Shown: piece by piece, positions 7,757-17,546 of the stretch
How the letters are laid out: each line of letters begins with the position of its first letter
Position numbering within the stretch: the first letter of the stretch is position 1
The notes under the pieces: generated by a model
Told to the model about the DNA's origin: nothing
Seen by the model: the letters and a program-made list of their open reading frames with translations, nothing else
Database searches by the model: none
DNA from: Patescibacteria group bacterium
GTDB lineage: Bacteria; Patescibacteriota; Minisyncoccia; Phycocordibacterales; UBA9973
Reading direction: 5' to 3'
DNA length: 64,000 nt
Assembly: GCA_038063535.1 (NCBI GenBank)
Contig: JBBTUV010000004.1
Coordinates: 20,530-84,529, forward strand
Made by a program: the position numbers and the translations under genes

Positions 7757-8176
7757 ATGCACGGCGAGGAGAATGTTATCAAGAAGTTTCATCCTCATCC
7801 TCTGTTTTATCTTGGCTTTTACCTTGGCGGGCCCATTCTCTCCGGGGTGGGATATTATTTCTTCACTCCGCTCGCATGGGCGGGACCCCTCATTATAATT
7901 CTTGGAGAACTCCTCCGCCGCGCGGAGACATACTATGTGACCGAAGATGGCGTGGTCCACGAATTTCATTTTCTCGCCACTCGTAGAGTTTCCGCTGAGT
8001 ATCGGAGGATACAAAACATCGAGGTCACTCAGTCGTTCTTGGAGAATTTGCTGGGGGTGGGGAATATTCACTTCGATACTGCTGGCGCCGACAGGACCGA
8101 AGTTAATTTCCGCGGGGTAAAGAATCCATACCGCATTGAAAAGATCGTCCGCGAAAGAATTGCCAGCTCAGCTTAA
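7757..8176 (+). CDS. Membrane protein with bacterial PH (YdbS/YdbT-like) domain
   Basis: 139 aa. Two N-terminal TM helices, then ETYYVTEDGVVHEFHFLATRRVSAEYRRIQNIEVTQSFLENLLGVGNIHF, a bPH_2-like pattern. Confidence 0.6.
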   Translation: MHGEENVIKKFHPHPLFYLGFYLGGPILSGVGYYFFTPLAWAGPLIIILGELLRRAETYYVTEDGVVHEFHFLATRRVSAEYRRIQNIEVTQSFLENLLGVGNIHFDTAGADRTEVNFRGVKNPYRIEKIVRERIASSA

Positions 8177-8197
8177 ATTTTGTGCTATAATGCGCTT

Positions 8198-8965
8198 ATG
8201 GACATCAAGGACCTGAATAAATCACAGCTCATTCTGCTTACCCTTTTACTTTCCTTCATCACCTCGATCGCAACCGGGATCACTACGGTCACGCTTCTTC
8301 GGGAACCTCCATCAGCCACAACTACTCCGATCAGCCGGGTGATCCGGCAGACCGTGGAGAGAATCGAACAAGTGCAGGGCAAGACCGTGACCGAGACGAT
8401 TGTCGTCAAAGAAGAAGATCTGGTGGTGGACACGATCGCGAACAATCAGTCCGCGGTTTTCTCCGTTTCTAAGGAGGGATTTAACGAGCTCGGAGCTCAA
8501 GCAGAAGTTTCCGCCGGCCGCGGGTTTGCGGTGACTCCCGAGGGAATTGTCGTCGTTGATTCTGCCCAAGTGTTCGAAGGAGGGACGTATTATCTTACGA
8601 ACGCTAGCGGAAAATTCCATGCCGCATTCCTTGCAGCAAATAACGCGGGTTTCAGCCTGCTTGAACTCGGGGCGCCATTTGAGGAAGGAGTAAAGGCAAC
8701 CTTCAGCGTTCCCGTCGCCGGCGATCTCTCTGCGATGAAGCCCGGGCAGAAGGTCATAATCTTGGGTGAGACGATCACTTCTTTCATTCTTGACAGCAAC
8801 CAGAACATGAAGATAAATACCAGCAAGTCAAATGCCGGAGGATTGGTTCTCAATCTTGACGGCCAAGCGCTCGGCATTGCGCTTACAAGCGAGACCGCAT
8901 CCTTTGCTCCAATTTCGGCGATAGACGAGGCAGTCAAGGCTCTTGCCCCTCCCCCAAATCCCTAA
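8198..8965 (+). CDS. Membrane-anchored trypsin-fold (HtrA-like) protein lacking the catalytic triad
   Basis: The start is moved to ATG 8198 because TGcTATAAT (8183-8191) lies 6 nt upstream. An N-terminal TM is followed by an HtrA-like layout, but the His box reads VDSAQV and the GNSGGP box reads SNAGGLV. Confidence 0.5.
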   Translation: MDIKDLNKSQLILLTLLLSFITSIATGITTVTLLREPPSATTTPISRVIRQTVERIEQVQGKTVTETIVVKEEDLVVDTIANNQSAVFSVSKEGFNELGAQAEVSAGRGFAVTPEGIVVVDSAQVFEGGTYYLTNASGKFHAAFLAANNAGFSLLELGAPFEEGVKATFSVPVAGDLSAMKPGQKVIILGETITSFILDSNQNMKINTSKSNAGGLVLNLDGQALGIALTSETASFAPISAIDEAVKALAPPPNP

Positions 8966-8971
8966 AAAAGC

Positions 8972-9000
8972 TTTACAAATTGAAATTTATAGTATATAAT
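8972..9000 (+). promoter_or_regulatory. Near-consensus sigma70 promoter of clpB (TTTACA-N17-TATAAT)
   Basis: TTTACA at 8972-8977, a 17-nt spacer, then TATAAT at 8995-9000. The clpB ATG at 9010 lies 9 nt after the -10 box. Confidence 0.6.
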
Positions 9001-9009
9001 GGCCCGAAA

Positions 9010-11700
9010 ATGCCTCCCCTTAACCGTTTTACAACCAAAGCGAAAGACGCGATCAAGAAAGCTCACGAGCTGGCGATAGAGCGCGGCCAAAACCACGTCT
9101 CTTCGCTTCATCTCTTGGCAGCGCTCTTGCTCCAGGAAGAGAGCATGGTGAACTCGATTCTCGACAAGATCGAGGTGGATACGATGTTGCTTACCGACAA
9201 CGTGCTTGAGGCGATCGAACTCCCAGAAACCCGCAGCACACTCTCGCCTTCCTATCAGATATATTTGAACCCTGACCTCGCGCAAGTGATCGAGGCAAGC
9301 GCGAAGCTCGCTGAATATCTCAAAGACGATTTTGTTTCGACCGAGCACCTTTTCATCGCGATGCTCGAGGTTCCCGGGGAGGCGAAGGAAACTCTCTCCC
9401 GTCACCGTATCGGCAAAGATGGGGTCATGAAGGTGCTTGAGGAACTTCGCCGCGAGAATGTTACTGATGTCTCTGAGCCGAAACGCTTCCGCCTGCTTTT
9501 AAAATACACCCGCAACCTTACCAAACTTGCGAAAGAAGACAAGCTTGACCCGGTGATCGGCCGCGAAAACGAGATCAGCCGGATCATGCAGATCCTTTCC
9601 CGCCGGACGAAGAACAACCCGATTCTAATCGGAGAAGCCGGCACCGGGAAGACCGCGGTGGTAGAAGGTTTGGCTCAGCGGATCTCGAAAAACAGCGTTC
9701 CGGAGTCGCTACGGGATAAGGAACTTGTTTCTCTTGACCTTGGCTCTTTGATCGCCGGCACGAAGTACCGCGGCGAATTCGAGGAGAGGCTCAAGGGCAT
9801 AATGAAAGAGATCGAACGCGCGGAAGGGAAGGTCATTCTTTTTATCGATGAGATTCACACGATTGTCGGCGCCGGAGGCGCGGAGGGGACACTCGATGCC
9901 TCAAACATGCTCAAACCCGCACTCTCGCGCGGAGAGCTTCGCGCGATCGGGGCGACAACTCTGAAAGAATACCAGCGACACATCGAAAAGGATCCCGCGC
10001 TCGCGCGGCGTTTCCAGCCGGTCTACATCGATGAGCCTTCAGTTGAGGACGCGATTGCGATCCTTCGCGGCCTCAAAGAAAAATATGAGCTGTTTCATGG
10101 AGTCCGTATCACCGATGATAGTATCCTCGCGGCGGTAAATCTCTCCGCGCGTTACATCACCAACCGATTCCTGCCGGACAAAGCGGTGGACTTGATCGAC
10201 GAAGCATCTTCCTCTCTGAAAATTGCGCTCGAGAACAAACCCCCGGTGCTTGAAGACGCCCACCAGCGGATCATGCGTCTGGAGATAGAAAAGGAGGCAC
10301 TGAAAAAAGAAACCGAGAATAAAGAAGCCAGGAAGCGTATAAAGGAGATCGACAAGGAGATCGGAAACCTGAACGAAAAAACAAAAGAGCTCGAGCTCAA
10401 GTGGCAGAACGAGCGCAGGGCGGTGATCGAGATCCGTTCGATCAAGAAGGACCTCGAGACGATGCGCCTGGAGGCCGAGAACGCGGAGGCCCGGGCGGAC
10501 CTCGCGCGCGCAGCAGAGATCCGCTACGGAAAGATCCCGGAAGCGAAGAAAGAACTGGAGACGAAACTTACACGCTTGAAAAAACTGCAAAAGTCGCGCC
10601 GCATCCTCAAAGAAGAAATTACCGCCGAGGATATTGCCGAAGTTGTTTCTCGCTGGACCGGGATACCGCTTACCAAGATGCTGGAGGAAGAGCGGGCGAA
10701 ACTCGAACGGATGGAGGAGGAACTCCGGAAGCGCGTGGTTGGCCAAGATGAGGCGATCAAGCGGGTGGCGGATGTTATTCGCCGCTCCCGCGCGGGCATT
10801 TCCGATCCCTCGCGGCCGATCGGCTCGTTCATATTCTTGGGGCCGACCGGTGTTGGGAAAACAGAGCTTACCAAAGCGCTCGGGCAGTTCATGTTCAACT
10901 CTGACTTAGCCGTCATTCGCGTGGATATGAGTGAGTACATGGAGCGACATAGCATTTCGAAATTAATTGGCTCGCCCCCAGGCTATGTCGGATACGAAGA
11001 AGCGGGTCAGCTGACCGAAGCGGTGCGGCACCGGCCGTATGCAGTTGTCCTTTTCGACGAAGTGGAGAAGGCGCATCCGGAAGTTTTCAATATGCTCCTT
11101 CAGGTGATCGACGAGGGCAGGCTCACCGACGGCAAAGGCCGGGTGGTCAATTTCAAGAACACCATTATTATTCTCACTTCGAACATCGGTTCGCAATTCG
11201 TTGAGAAAATGGAATCGATCGGGTTTTCCAATAATTCGGATATGCAGGATTACGGCCGAACCAAGGAGAAAGTGCTCGAGGCATTGAAGGACCACTTCCG
11301 CCCGGAATTCTTAAACCGACTAGACGAGATCATTGTCTTCGATATTCTCTCGCCTGCGGCGATCAGGGAGATCGTGGATCTGCGCGTTCAAGTGGTGAAA
11401 GACAGGCTCGAGGGCAAAGGCATCGCTTTCAAAATTTCGGAGGAAGCGCTCCTCTTCCTGGCGCAGGCTGGCTATGACCCGCATTACGGCGCGCGGCCCT
11501 TGAATCGCCTGATCCAGAACAAGATATTAAATCCTGTCGCCACTCATATCATCTCAAACGAAGTAAAGAAAGGGGACACGGTAGTGGTTTCCGCTAAAGC
11601 GGGCGAGCTCGTCATCCAAACTCAAAAAGGCGGCCCCGCCAAAGGACGGGCAGGTAGCGTTAAAAGCCCGATCCGCGTCCAGCCGAAATCTTCAGCCTAG
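9010..11700 (+). CDS. clpB: ATP-dependent chaperone ClpB
   Basis: Clp N-domain repeats, two AAA+ modules ([18 protein letters not shown]) and a long coiled-coil middle domain. The start is set at ATG 9010 (MPPLNRFT) because the track start at 8980 falls inside the promoter. Confidence 0.9.
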   Translation: MPPLNRFTTKAKDAIKKAHELAIERGQNHVSSLHLLAALLLQEESMVNSILDKIEVDTMLLTDNVLEAIELPETRSTLSPSYQIYLNPDLAQVIEASAKLAEYLKDDFVSTEHLFIAMLEVPGEAKETLSRHRIGKDGVMKVLEELRRENVTDVSEPKRFRLLLKYTRNLTKLAKEDKLDPVIGRENEISRIMQILSRRTKNNPILIGEAGTGKTAVVEGLAQRISKNSVPESLRDKELVSLDLGSLIAGTKYRGEFEERLKGIMKEIERAEGKVILFIDEIHTIVGAGGAEGTLDASNMLKPALSRGELRAIGATTLKEYQRHIEKDPALARRFQPVYIDEPSVEDAIAILRGLKEKYELFHGVRITDDSILAAVNLSARYITNRFLPDKAVDLIDEASSSLKIALENKPPVLEDAHQRIMRLEIEKEALKKETENKEARKRIKEIDKEIGNLNEKTKELELKWQNERRAVIEIRSIKKDLETMRLEAENAEARADLARAAEIRYGKIPEAKKELETKLTRLKKLQKSRRILKEEITAEDIAEVVSRWTGIPLTKMLEEERAKLERMEEELRKRVVGQDEAIKRVADVIRRSRAGISDPSRPIGSFIFLGPTGVGKTELTKALGQFMFNSDLAVIRVDMSEYMERHSISKLIGSPPGYVGYEEAGQLTEAVRHRPYAVVLFDEVEKAHPEVFNMLLQVIDEGRLTDGKGRVVNFKNTIIILTSNIGSQFVEKMESIGFSNNSDMQDYGRTKEKVLEALKDHFRPEFLNRLDEIIVFDILSPAAIREIVDLRVQVVKDRLEGKGIAFKISEEALLFLAQAGYDPHYGARPLNRLIQNKILNPVATHIISNEVKKGDTVVVSAKAGELVIQTQKGGPAKGRAGSVKSPIRVQPKSSA

Positions 11701-11943
11701 AACGTACACCTCCGAGCCTTCTGGAGACTTCTGGGAGAGCTTGACCGCAACCTCTTGGCCCTTCTTACCTGCTTTTATCACCTGATGATCAAGCTGTATT
11801 GACTCCACGGTGTCTTCAAATTCTTGCTCACCGTGCCTGACCATAACTTTGTCTCCCACCCCCAAAGCACCGGAGAGTTTGATTACCCCGACGCTTATTT
11901 TGTCGTACCAGTGGACGACTTTTCCAACCAATTTTTCCGCCAT
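11692..11943 (-). CDS. Small beta-barrel protein (translation-factor domain-2-like)
   Basis: 83-aa [32 protein letters not shown]...GQEVAVKL. The pattern resembles the EF-Tu domain-2 fold. Function is unknown. Confidence 0.4.
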   Translation of the reverse strand: MAEKLVGKVVHWYDKISVGVIKLSGALGVGDKVMVRHGEQEFEDTVESIQLDHQVIKAGKKGQEVAVKLSQKSPEGSEVYVLG

Positions 11944-12011
11944 ATTTTTATCGACGTTTAACTACGACCTTTTTTATAGACTATTACAAACTGCCCAATA
12001 AGTCCAATTTG

Positions 12012-12094
12012 TGCGCCGGGAGGGATTCGAACCCCCGTAGCCCGAAGGCGATTGGTTTACAGCCAATTGCAATTGACCACTCTGCCACCGACGC
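12012..12094 (-). tRNA. tRNA-Tyr (anticodon GTA)
   Basis: Acceptor GCGTCGG/CCGGCGC, anticodon stem ATTGG/CCAAT with loop CTGTAAA, long variable arm (bacterial Tyr type), T arm GGGGG-TTCGAAT-CCCTC. Confidence 0.9.
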
Positions 12095-12194
12095 ATGCCT
12101 ATAAAATAACACAAAAAAACCCTTCGCGCATCTTTTTTGTTGTTATTTCTGTAAAATATGTTATTATTTCAAAAAGCCCCCGGGCTTTTTTTAT

Positions 12195-14006
12195 ATGGAA
12201 ATTAGAAATATAGCTATAATCGCCCATGTGGACCATGGCAAGACCACTCTAACCGATGCTCTAATGAAGCAAAATGGAATACTCTTGGATGAGGGAGTGT
12301 CTATGGACTCAAACGCTCTGGAAAAAGAGCGCGGTATTACTATATATTCCAAAAACACATCAATCTATTACAAGGGTACAAAGATAAACATCGTAGATAC
12401 TCCTGGCCACGCGGATTTCGGAAGCGAAGTGGAACGCGTTTTGCGAGCCATTGATTCGGTACTTCTTTTAGTGGACGCCGTTGAAGGTCCCATGCCTCAA
12501 ACCAGGTTCGTTCTGAAAAAATCTTTAGAGCTGGGACTCCAGCCGATTGTGGTTATAAATAAGATAGACAAGTCAGCTTCAGATCCGCACCGAGTGCACG
12601 ATGAAATTCTGGGATTGTTTTTTGAACTGGGTGCTTCTGAAGAGCAAGCAAATTTTGAGACGATTTATGCTATTGGGCGAGAGGGGAAAGCCTTTAAAAA
12701 TCTTGGTGATACGTCGGCAGACCTGTCTCCACTGCTAGACTTGATTCTAGAAAAAGTTCCACCAGCTTCAAAGAAAGAAAATGAAAAGATGTCGGCACAG
12801 GTTTTCAACTTAGCTTATGACAATTTCCTAGGCAGAATGGCAGTCGCGCGAATTTATTCGGGTCAAATGAAATCCCCCGCCGCTGTTTTTGTGAAGGGCG
12901 AGAAGGGAAGTCGTGCAGGTAAGATCACGAAACTTTTTACCTTCGAGGGAATAAGCAGGAAAGAAGTCGAGAAAGCTTTATCGGGCGACATAGTGCTCTT
13001 GGCTGGTATTCCAGACATATATATCGGTGAGACCATTTGTGAAGATGAAACGGTAGAGGAAATGCCACACATTGCTATCGACGAGCCGACGCTCTCACTC
13101 AATTTTTTGGTTAACGACTCTCCATTTGCTGGTCGGGAAGGAAAGTTTGTAACTTCAAGACAGCTTAAAGAAAGATTAGAAAAAGAACTTGAGATAAATG
13201 TCGGTCTTAGAATCAATTTTTCACCGGATCAGGGTGAAAAAATGGGGCCGAGCTTTTTTAAAGTTTACGGTCGCGGTGAATTACACATTGCTATCCTTCT
13301 CGAAAATATGCGACGCGAAGGATTTGAAATGCAGGTTTCGGAACCAGAAGTAATTATCAAAGAGAATGATGGCGAGCTTGTCGAACCATATGAAGAACTA
13401 GTTATTGACGTACCTGTAGAATCAAGCGGAAGCGTTATTGAAAAAATTGGCAAGCGTAGAGGCATCATGAAAGACATGGTAGAGAAAGAGGGCATAGCTC
13501 GAGTTATTTTTGATATCCCAACTCGCGGACTTCTGGGGTATCGTAGTGAGTTTATCATCGACACCAAAGGGGAAGGTATCATGTCTTCTCGTGTCACTGG
13601 CTTTCGAAAGTACGCAGGGGATATAAATAAGCGCGAATTCGGCTCGATGGTTTCGATGGTGTCCGGCAAGGCAGTCACCTTCTCCCTTGCAAATTTACAA
13701 GAACGTGGTATTATGTATATCGAGCACGGAGCCGAGGTATATGAGGGCATGGTCATAGGGAACGTGTTAAAAGGGGAGGATATGTCAGTAAACCCTACCA
13801 AAGGCAAGCAGCTTACCAACATGCGTGCTTCCGGTACCGATGAGGCTTTGTTTTTAAAGCCTGCTTTTACTTTAAACATAGAAAGGGGCCTAGAAGTTAT
13901 GAATAGAGAAGAATATCTCGAAATCACTCCCGAGTCCGTGAGACTTCGCAAAAAGTACCTCACCGAACTAGATCGGACAAGGCAGGGGAGGCAAAGCAAG
14001 AGATAG
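12195..14006 (+). CDS. typA: Translational GTPase TypA/BipA
   Basis: 603 aa. [31 protein letters not shown] and a BipA-type C-terminal domain. Confidence 0.9.
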   Translation: MEIRNIAIIAHVDHGKTTLTDALMKQNGILLDEGVSMDSNALEKERGITIYSKNTSIYYKGTKINIVDTPGHADFGSEVERVLRAIDSVLLLVDAVEGPMPQTRFVLKKSLELGLQPIVVINKIDKSASDPHRVHDEILGLFFELGASEEQANFETIYAIGREGKAFKNLGDTSADLSPLLDLILEKVPPASKKENEKMSAQVFNLAYDNFLGRMAVARIYSGQMKSPAAVFVKGEKGSRAGKITKLFTFEGISRKEVEKALSGDIVLLAGIPDIYIGETICEDETVEEMPHIAIDEPTLSLNFLVNDSPFAGREGKFVTSRQLKERLEKELEINVGLRINFSPDQGEKMGPSFFKVYGRGELHIAILLENMRREGFEMQVSEPEVIIKENDGELVEPYEELVIDVPVESSGSVIEKIGKRRGIMKDMVEKEGIARVIFDIPTRGLLGYRSEFIIDTKGEGIMSSRVTGFRKYAGDINKREFGSMVSMVSGKAVTFSLANLQERGIMYIEHGAEVYEGMVIGNVLKGEDMSVNPTKGKQLTNMRASGTDEALFLKPAFTLNIERGLEVMNREEYLEITPESVRLRKKYLTELDRTRQGRQSKR

Positions 14007-14011
14007 TAGAT

Positions 14012-14039
14012 TTGACACTGGGCCGGCATTGTGTATAAT
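14012..14039 (+). promoter_or_regulatory. Consensus sigma70 promoter (TTGACA-N16-TATAAT)
   Basis: TTGACA at 14012-14017, a 16-nt spacer, then TATAAT at 14034-14039. It lies 24 nt upstream of ATG 14064. Confidence 0.6.
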
Positions 14040-14063
14040 TAAGGGGTAGACTTTCTCAAATTT

Positions 14064-15095
14064 ATGGCAAAGGTATCCTTCAAACCCAAGCAAGTCACCA
14101 AAAGAATCACTTCCCATCTTCATGACCGAGCGAACGATGTTATCATGAGCCGCTTCGGTCTCACTCCGGACGCGGTCCGGAAGACTCTCGAGGAGATCGG
14201 CAAGCGTTACAACATTACCCGCGAGCGAGTCCGTCAGATCGAAGACGCGGCCATCGCGCTTATCAAAAAGTCCGAAGCCTACAAACGGGAACAGGTAGCC
14301 TTCGATGAACTCAAAGAGCTGATCGTCTCACTCGGTTCGATCGTCGCCGAGCACGAGTTGCTTTCGCACATAAGCGATGATAAAGCGACCCAGAACCATA
14401 TTCATTTTTATCTTGTCTTGGGCGATACTTTCAAAAAACATCGTGAGGACGAGCATTTTCATGCGCGTTGGAGCGTGAACGACGCGGTGGCGGAGAAAGT
14501 ACACGACGCACTGAAGCGTCTTTATGCCTCCCTCTCGGACGAAGATCTTGTCCCGGAGTCTGAGATGATTAAAAGATTCCTCGAGCATTTGAAGGACGCC
14601 TCGGATCATTATCGGGACGAGGAGATTGCCCGCAGATGGCTGCGTATCTCAAAGACCATCAAGAAGAATCCCTTGGGCGACTGGGGCAAGGCGAGCTCTC
14701 CGAACGTCCACACTCGTGGCGTGAAAGATTACGCGTTCCTGGTGATGCGCAAGCACGGCTCGCCGATGCATTTCCGGGAAGTTGCCGACGCGATCTCGAA
14801 AACTTTCGGGAAGAAGACTCACTACGCCACTTGCCACAACGAACTGATCAAAGACCCGCGCTTCGTCTTGGTGGGGCGGGGGATCTATGCGCTCGCCGAG
14901 TGGGGCTACAAGCCCGGCATCGCTCGCGAAGTCATCAGGGATATCCTCAAGCGCGAAGGTCCGATGAACAAGGACGACGTCATCGAGCGGGTGATGAAAG
15001 AGCGCTACTTCAAGAAAAATACTATTCTCGTCAACCTGGTGAACCCGAAGTATTTCAAGAAAAACAAGAACGGCCTCTATTCGCTCGCCGCATAG
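14064..15095 (+). CDS. Sigma-70 region-4-like HTH fused to a HARE-HTH-like domain
   Basis: 343 aa. The N-terminus RFGLTPDAVRKTLEEIGKRYNITRERVRQIEDAAI matches the sigma70 region 4 pattern. The C-terminal part DYAFLVMRKHGSPMHFREVADAI...FVLVGRGIYALAEWGY matches the HARE-HTH (RpoE-delta N-terminal-like) pattern. Confidence 0.6.
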   Translation: MAKVSFKPKQVTKRITSHLHDRANDVIMSRFGLTPDAVRKTLEEIGKRYNITRERVRQIEDAAIALIKKSEAYKREQVAFDELKELIVSLGSIVAEHELLSHISDDKATQNHIHFYLVLGDTFKKHREDEHFHARWSVNDAVAEKVHDALKRLYASLSDEDLVPESEMIKRFLEHLKDASDHYRDEEIARRWLRISKTIKKNPLGDWGKASSPNVHTRGVKDYAFLVMRKHGSPMHFREVADAISKTFGKKTHYATCHNELIKDPRFVLVGRGIYALAEWGYKPGIAREVIRDILKREGPMNKDDVIERVMKERYFKKNTILVNLVNPKYFKKNKNGLYSLAA

Positions 15096-15107
15096 TAAAA
15101 TATAGAA

Positions 15108-15284
15108 ATGCCCATTTTCCCCATAGTTTTCATGCTCTTCGTCCTCCCGTTCCTGATCATCCAGGAGGGGTATAAGATGCTCAAGGGTGCTCTCTCCCGC
15201 CCGGGTTTCGCCAGGAATTTTCTCTATATTTTGGTGCTCTTGCTTGCGCTAGTCGGCATCTCTCTCTTTCTCGCCGGCTTCTAG
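15108..15284 (+). CDS. Possible 58-aa two-helix membrane mini-protein (below ORF-track cutoff)
   Basis: The ORF from ATG 15108 to TAG 15282-15284 was hand-translated as MPIFPIVFMLFVLPFLIIQEGYKMLKGALSRPGFARNFLYILVLLLALVGISLFLAGF. It fills an otherwise empty 200-nt gap. Confidence 0.35.
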   Translation: MPIFPIVFMLFVLPFLIIQEGYKMLKGALSRPGFARNFLYILVLLLALVGISLFLAGF

Positions 15285-15313
15285 ATTTCCTCTTTTTATA
15301 CTAAAATATAGGC

Positions 15314-16666
15314 ATGGACGAGCTTTTTGATTTCCTCGAGCATCATCTCCCCAAGATCCTCCTGGTCGTTATCGTCGCATTCCTTGCCTGGGTGCTTTTC
15401 CGAGCCGAACTTCTTTTTCCGCTTCTGGGTACGATTATCCTCGGCTGGATCGGCTGGAAGGTATGGGTGCATTACGTCCAGCAAGACTTCATCTCCGGCA
15501 TCGAGTGGGTGCTCCTTGAGATAGTGCCACCGCGGGAGGTCATGCGCTCTCCGAAAGCGATGGAGCTTTTTATCACCAACGCTCTCTATCACCTTTCTTT
15601 CAAAGGGGGCAAAGAAGAGTTCTGGCAGGGCGCGGTCTGGTTCTGGCATTCGCTCGAGATCGCTTCGATCGAGGGGCAGGTGCATTTTTATGTCCGCAGT
15701 CCGTCGCGCCTCCGGGGCCTCATTGAAACACAGTTGTACGCGCAGTACCCCCAGGCGCAGGTGCGGGTGGCGGAAGATTACACGCTCGCCGTGCCGGAAA
15801 TTTCCCAAAATAGTGAATGGAACGGCTGGGGTTGTGAATTCAATCTTGTAAAAAGCGAGGCTTACCCGATCAAGACCTACACCGATTTCGGTTTGGACAA
15901 AGATCCCAAAGAAGAATACAAAGTGGACCCGATCTCTCCGGTGATCGAGTTCTTCGGCGCACTCGGCAAGAATGAGCAGGCGTGGCTCCAGTTTGTGATC
16001 AAGCCCGCGGGAGCCACCGGCGGCACGAAACATAAACGGGATTGGGTGAACCAGGCGAACGACACCATGAAAGATTTGCTCCGGCCCTACACTCGTACGC
16101 AAAGAGGCATAGAAGAGGGAGAAACTGCACTCGAGATCCGCGCGCCGAAATTCTACGACAACGTTATCACCGCTATGAACATGAAGACAGGCAAGCTCGG
16201 TTTCGAAACGGGCATCCGGCTCGTCTACGTGGCCAAGAAAGAACACTTCAGCATGAACAATCGCCGCGACATCCGTCTTATTTTCCGCCAATACGCCAAG
16301 CCCGATTGCAACGAGCTCCTGCGCATAAATTCCGCGCAGGCGGACCGCTACAGCGGCGTCTTTTCCGCCTCGCCGAAGACCGTCATGATGCTCGCAAACA
16401 GGATGGTGCATGAATTCCGCGACCGGGCATTCTTTCACCTCCCACTCCGGCACCACATTTTCTCCCAAAAGTATTGGAGCTGGCCCTTTCCGACGTTTAT
16501 CTCCATAGACGGCATCATCAAGGCTTACATTCATCACCATACCTTTATCCTGAACACCGAAGAGCTCGCGACCCTCTGGCATTTCCCGGGCCAGATCCTG
16601 AAAGTCCCGTCCCTCGAGCGCATCGAATCGAAAGAAGCTTCTCCGCCTCCAAACTTGCCGACATGA
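15314..16666 (+). CDS. Hypothetical membrane-anchored protein (CPR-type, resembles N-terminal domain of CPR VirD4/TraG-like proteins)
   Basis: 450 aa. Two N-terminal TM helices, then LLEIVPPREVMRSPKAMELFITNALYHL ... SLEIASIEGQVHFYVRSPSRLRGLIETQLYAQYPQAQV. No Walker A motif was found. Its stop overlaps the mltG start (ATGA at 16663-16666). Confidence 0.5.
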   Translation: MDELFDFLEHHLPKILLVVIVAFLAWVLFRAELLFPLLGTIILGWIGWKVWVHYVQQDFISGIEWVLLEIVPPREVMRSPKAMELFITNALYHLSFKGGKEEFWQGAVWFWHSLEIASIEGQVHFYVRSPSRLRGLIETQLYAQYPQAQVRVAEDYTLAVPEISQNSEWNGWGCEFNLVKSEAYPIKTYTDFGLDKDPKEEYKVDPISPVIEFFGALGKNEQAWLQFVIKPAGATGGTKHKRDWVNQANDTMKDLLRPYTRTQRGIEEGETALEIRAPKFYDNVITAMNMKTGKLGFETGIRLVYVAKKEHFSMNNRRDIRLIFRQYAKPDCNELLRINSAQADRYSGVFSASPKTVMMLANRMVHEFRDRAFFHLPLRHHIFSQKYWSWPFPTFISIDGIIKAYIHHHTFILNTEELATLWHFPGQILKVPSLERIESKEASPPPNLPT

Positions 16667-17544
16667 TTTTTTACCAGAAAGCATTTCCGCTTGCGCTCGG
16701 CGCTGTTTTACTCATCGCGGGCGTGAATTATTTTCTCATCTCTCCGCCCGGCGATTTTCCGGAGGGGCGCATTGTTTCTCTCGAGCAGGGGATGAGCCTG
16801 CGAGCCGTATCGGCCAAGCTCAAAGAGGAAAATTTTATCCGCTCGCGAGTGGCGTTCGAAGCGTTCGTCATCATCTACGCCGGTGAGCGGCATGCCGTCG
16901 CGGCCGATTACTATTTCGAAAAGAAACTGCCGGCTTTTGAAGTTGCGCGCCGGGTCGCATTCGGCAAAAGCGCTCTGGCGCCGATCCGCTTCACCATCCC
17001 CGAGGGCTTCACCAACCAAGAGATCGCCGCCTCCGCCGCGCGCCTGCTCCCGAACTTCGTTCCGGAAATATTTCTCAAGGACGCGAGCGACAAAGAGGGT
17101 TACCTTTTTCCCGACACTTATTTTTTTATTTTCCGCGCAAGTTCGGAGGACGTGCTCGGGGCTCTGGAGAAAAATTATGAGAAGAAAATAGTACCGCTCC
17201 GGCCGGAGATTGCTGAATCCGGGAAAAGTGAAGACTCGATAATCACCATGGCCTCGCTCATCGAGCGCGAGGCCAAAGGCCTCGAGCGCGCTGTAATCTC
17301 GGGAATTTTGTGGAAACGCCTTGCGCTCGGCCGAGCGCTCGAGGTTGATGCTGCGCCGGACACTTACCAAAAGCGGGGTTTGCCGGAAGCCCCCATAGCC
17401 AACCCCGGCCTAGCTTCGATCAAAGCGGCCATCCACCCCGAGAACTCGCCCTATCTTTACTACCTGCACGACTCGGAAGGCAATATTCATTACGCCCGCA
17501 CTTTCGAGGAGCACAAGAAGAATAAAGCGCTGTATTTAAAATAA
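16663..17544 (+). CDS. mltG: Endolytic murein transglycosylase MltG (YceG-like)
   Basis: The start is set at ATG 16663 (MIFYQKAFPLALGAVLLIAG), giving an N-terminal TM. YceG motifs are LEKNYEKK, ITMASLIEREA and EGNIHYARTFEEH. The upstream 63 codons of the track ORF overlap the previous gene. Confidence 0.8.
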   Translation: MIFYQKAFPLALGAVLLIAGVNYFLISPPGDFPEGRIVSLEQGMSLRAVSAKLKEENFIRSRVAFEAFVIIYAGERHAVAADYYFEKKLPAFEVARRVAFGKSALAPIRFTIPEGFTNQEIAASAARLLPNFVPEIFLKDASDKEGYLFPDTYFFIFRASSEDVLGALEKNYEKKIVPLRPEIAESGKSEDSIITMASLIEREAKGLERAVISGILWKRLALGRALEVDAAPDTYQKRGLPEAPIANPGLASIKAAIHPENSPYLYYLHDSEGNIHYARTFEEHKKNKALYLK

Positions 17545-17546
17545 GC

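Noticed and set aside
12171-12192. Terminator-like hairpin AAAAAGCC-CCCG-GGCTTTTT with T-run, ending 3 nt before the typA ATG, in the divergent typA / tRNA-Tyr intergenic region.
   Set aside because: It could be a bidirectional terminator relic, an attenuator or an RBS-region structure. There is no upstream co-oriented gene to terminate and no alternative pairing I could find. That is insufficient evidence for a riboswitch or attenuator call.
14636-15175. 179-aa plus-strand ORF overlapping the 3' half of 14064..15095 in another frame.
   Set aside because: It overlaps a better-supported gene and its product is Arg/Gly/Pro-rich with no features. The short 58-aa ORF at 15108..15284 explains the downstream gap better.
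15296-16684. 462-aa ORF on the minus strand, exactly antisense to the 450-aa plus-strand gene 15314..16666 (both strands open for about 1.4 kb).
   Set aside because: The minus ORF is in the codon-aligned antisense frame, where stops arise only from sense TTA/CTA/TCA codons. The native genes here largely avoid those codons, so long shadow ORFs are expected. Its translation is Arg/His/Phe-rich low-complexity sequence with no TM or motif logic. The plus-strand product has TM helices, family-like motifs, and stop/start coupling to mltG.
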